Shown piece by piece: positions 42,832 to 43,358 of a DNA stretch of 43,358 nt. A model generated the notes under the pieces. It did not search any database and was not told the origin of the DNA. It worked only from the letters and a program-made list of their open reading frames with translations. Position numbers and translations under genes: made by a program. The stretch is from positions 2,486 through 45,843 of the forward strand of contig DKGK01000079.1 of the NCBI GenBank assembly GCA_002453265.1, read 5' to 3'. Every line of letters begins with the position of its first letter. Position 1 is the stretch's first letter. Origin of the DNA: Flavobacteriales bacterium UBA6772. Lineage in GTDB: Bacteria; Bacteroidota; Bacteroidia; Flavobacteriales; UBA7430.

Positions 42832-43358
42832 ATGAAATTATTCAAGAATATACTAAATAGCGTAAAGCCTCATTTCGAGAAAGGTGGGAAACTTGAAAAG
42901 CTATATCCAGCTTACGACGCTTTTGAGACTTTCTTATTTGTTCCTGATCACACATCTCAATCTGGATCTCATATTCACGATGCAATTGATCTGAAAAGAA
43001 CAATGTTTAGCGTTATTTTAGCTTTACTTCCAGTATTAATCTTTGGAATGTGGAATATAGGGTACCAACATTTTATTGCATTAGGGAATATGCAACCCGA
43101 TACTATCGAGGCATTCATCTATGGAGCTGTAAAGGTTCTTCCAATGATTATTGTTTCCTATGGTGTTGGTTTAGGTATTGAATTTGCATTTGCTATTTCT
43201 AGAGGACACTCAGTAAATGAAGGGTATTTAGTTACAGGTTTACTAATCCCAATGATCATGCCAGCAGACCTTCCTCTATGGATGTTAGCTATATCTGTTG
43301 CTTTTGCAGTTGTGATTGGTAAAGAAGTTTTTGGAGGAACGGGAATGAATATAATGAA
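42832..43358 (+). CDS. nqrB: Na(+)-translocating NADH-quinone reductase subunit B, N-terminal part (runs off the right window edge)
   Basis: Absent from the ORF track. I translated it from ATG 42832: MKLFKNILNSVKPHFEKGGKLEKLYPAYDAFETFLFVPDH...GKEVFGGTGMNIMN, open to the window end. It has the typical NqrB/RnfD N-terminus and starts 10 nt after nqrA. Confidence 0.88.
   Translation, partial: MKLFKNILNSVKPHFEKGGKLEKLYPAYDAFETFLFVPDHTSQSGSHIHDAIDLKRTMFSVILALLPVLIFGMWNIGYQHFIALGNMQPDTIEAFIYGAVKVLPMIIVSYGVGLGIEFAFAISRGHSVNEGYLVTGLLIPMIMPADLPLWMLAISVAFAVVIGKEVFGGTGMNIM

Noticed and set aside
1-43358. Search for CRISPR arrays, tRNA/rRNA genes, IS elements, integrases and phage or conjugative genes.
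   Set aside because: I saw no regularly spaced direct repeats and no cloverleaf-like GC-rich segments in the intergenic regions. There are no transposase or integrase-like ORFs and no terminal inverted repeats bracketing any gene. The window reads as uninterrupted core chromosome.

Overview
This is a visibly AT-rich chromosomal segment that looks like core genome of a Bacteroidota, Flavobacteriia-like organism. The taxonomic call rests on three things. The bamD-rpoZ-coaBC-DUF4835-recN block is conserved in that group. There are T9SS-associated genes. TAnnTTTG promoter motifs recur upstream of genes.

I count 36 protein-coding genes, two of them cut by the window edges: gyrA on the left and nqrB on the right. 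Neither truncated gene is in the supplied ORF track; I translated both myself. Almost every gene is housekeeping:
- DNA metabolism: gyrA, recN, priA, recQ, hup
- Proteostasis: clpC
- Lipid and cofactor synthesis: fabI, coaBC, hemY
- Central metabolism: pckA, the serC/serA serine genes, saccharopine dehydrogenase, nqrAB
- RNA modification: rsmE, a tRNA m6A37 methyltransferase, two THUMP-type methyltransferases, fmt
- Envelope: bamD

I see no rRNA, tRNA, CRISPR array, transposase, integrase or phage genes, and no recognisable defence island. I also do not find a convincing new multi-gene system, and I say so rather than invent one.

The leads most worth following are:
1. A monocistronic 1,669-aa T9SS-sorted reprolysin-like metalloprotease (26753..31762). 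Its non-catalytic two thirds hold nine copies of a cysteine-bracketed 21-residue repeat that I cannot assign to a named family, plus a tandemly duplicated ~75-aa module.
2. A capless 144-aa HAD-type phosphatase wedged between serC and serA. It is a candidate for the missing phosphoserine phosphatase step.
3. An orphan alpha-oxoamine synthase that may act in sphingolipid or sulfonolipid synthesis.
4. A tightly packed five-gene operon, rsmE through a THUMP-like methyltransferase, carrying three uncharacterised envelope proteins.
5. A ~300-bp AT-rich spacer with paired TGTCA half-site elements upstream of an AI-2E family transporter.

All product calls come from my own reading of motifs and remembered family signatures. 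No database search was run.
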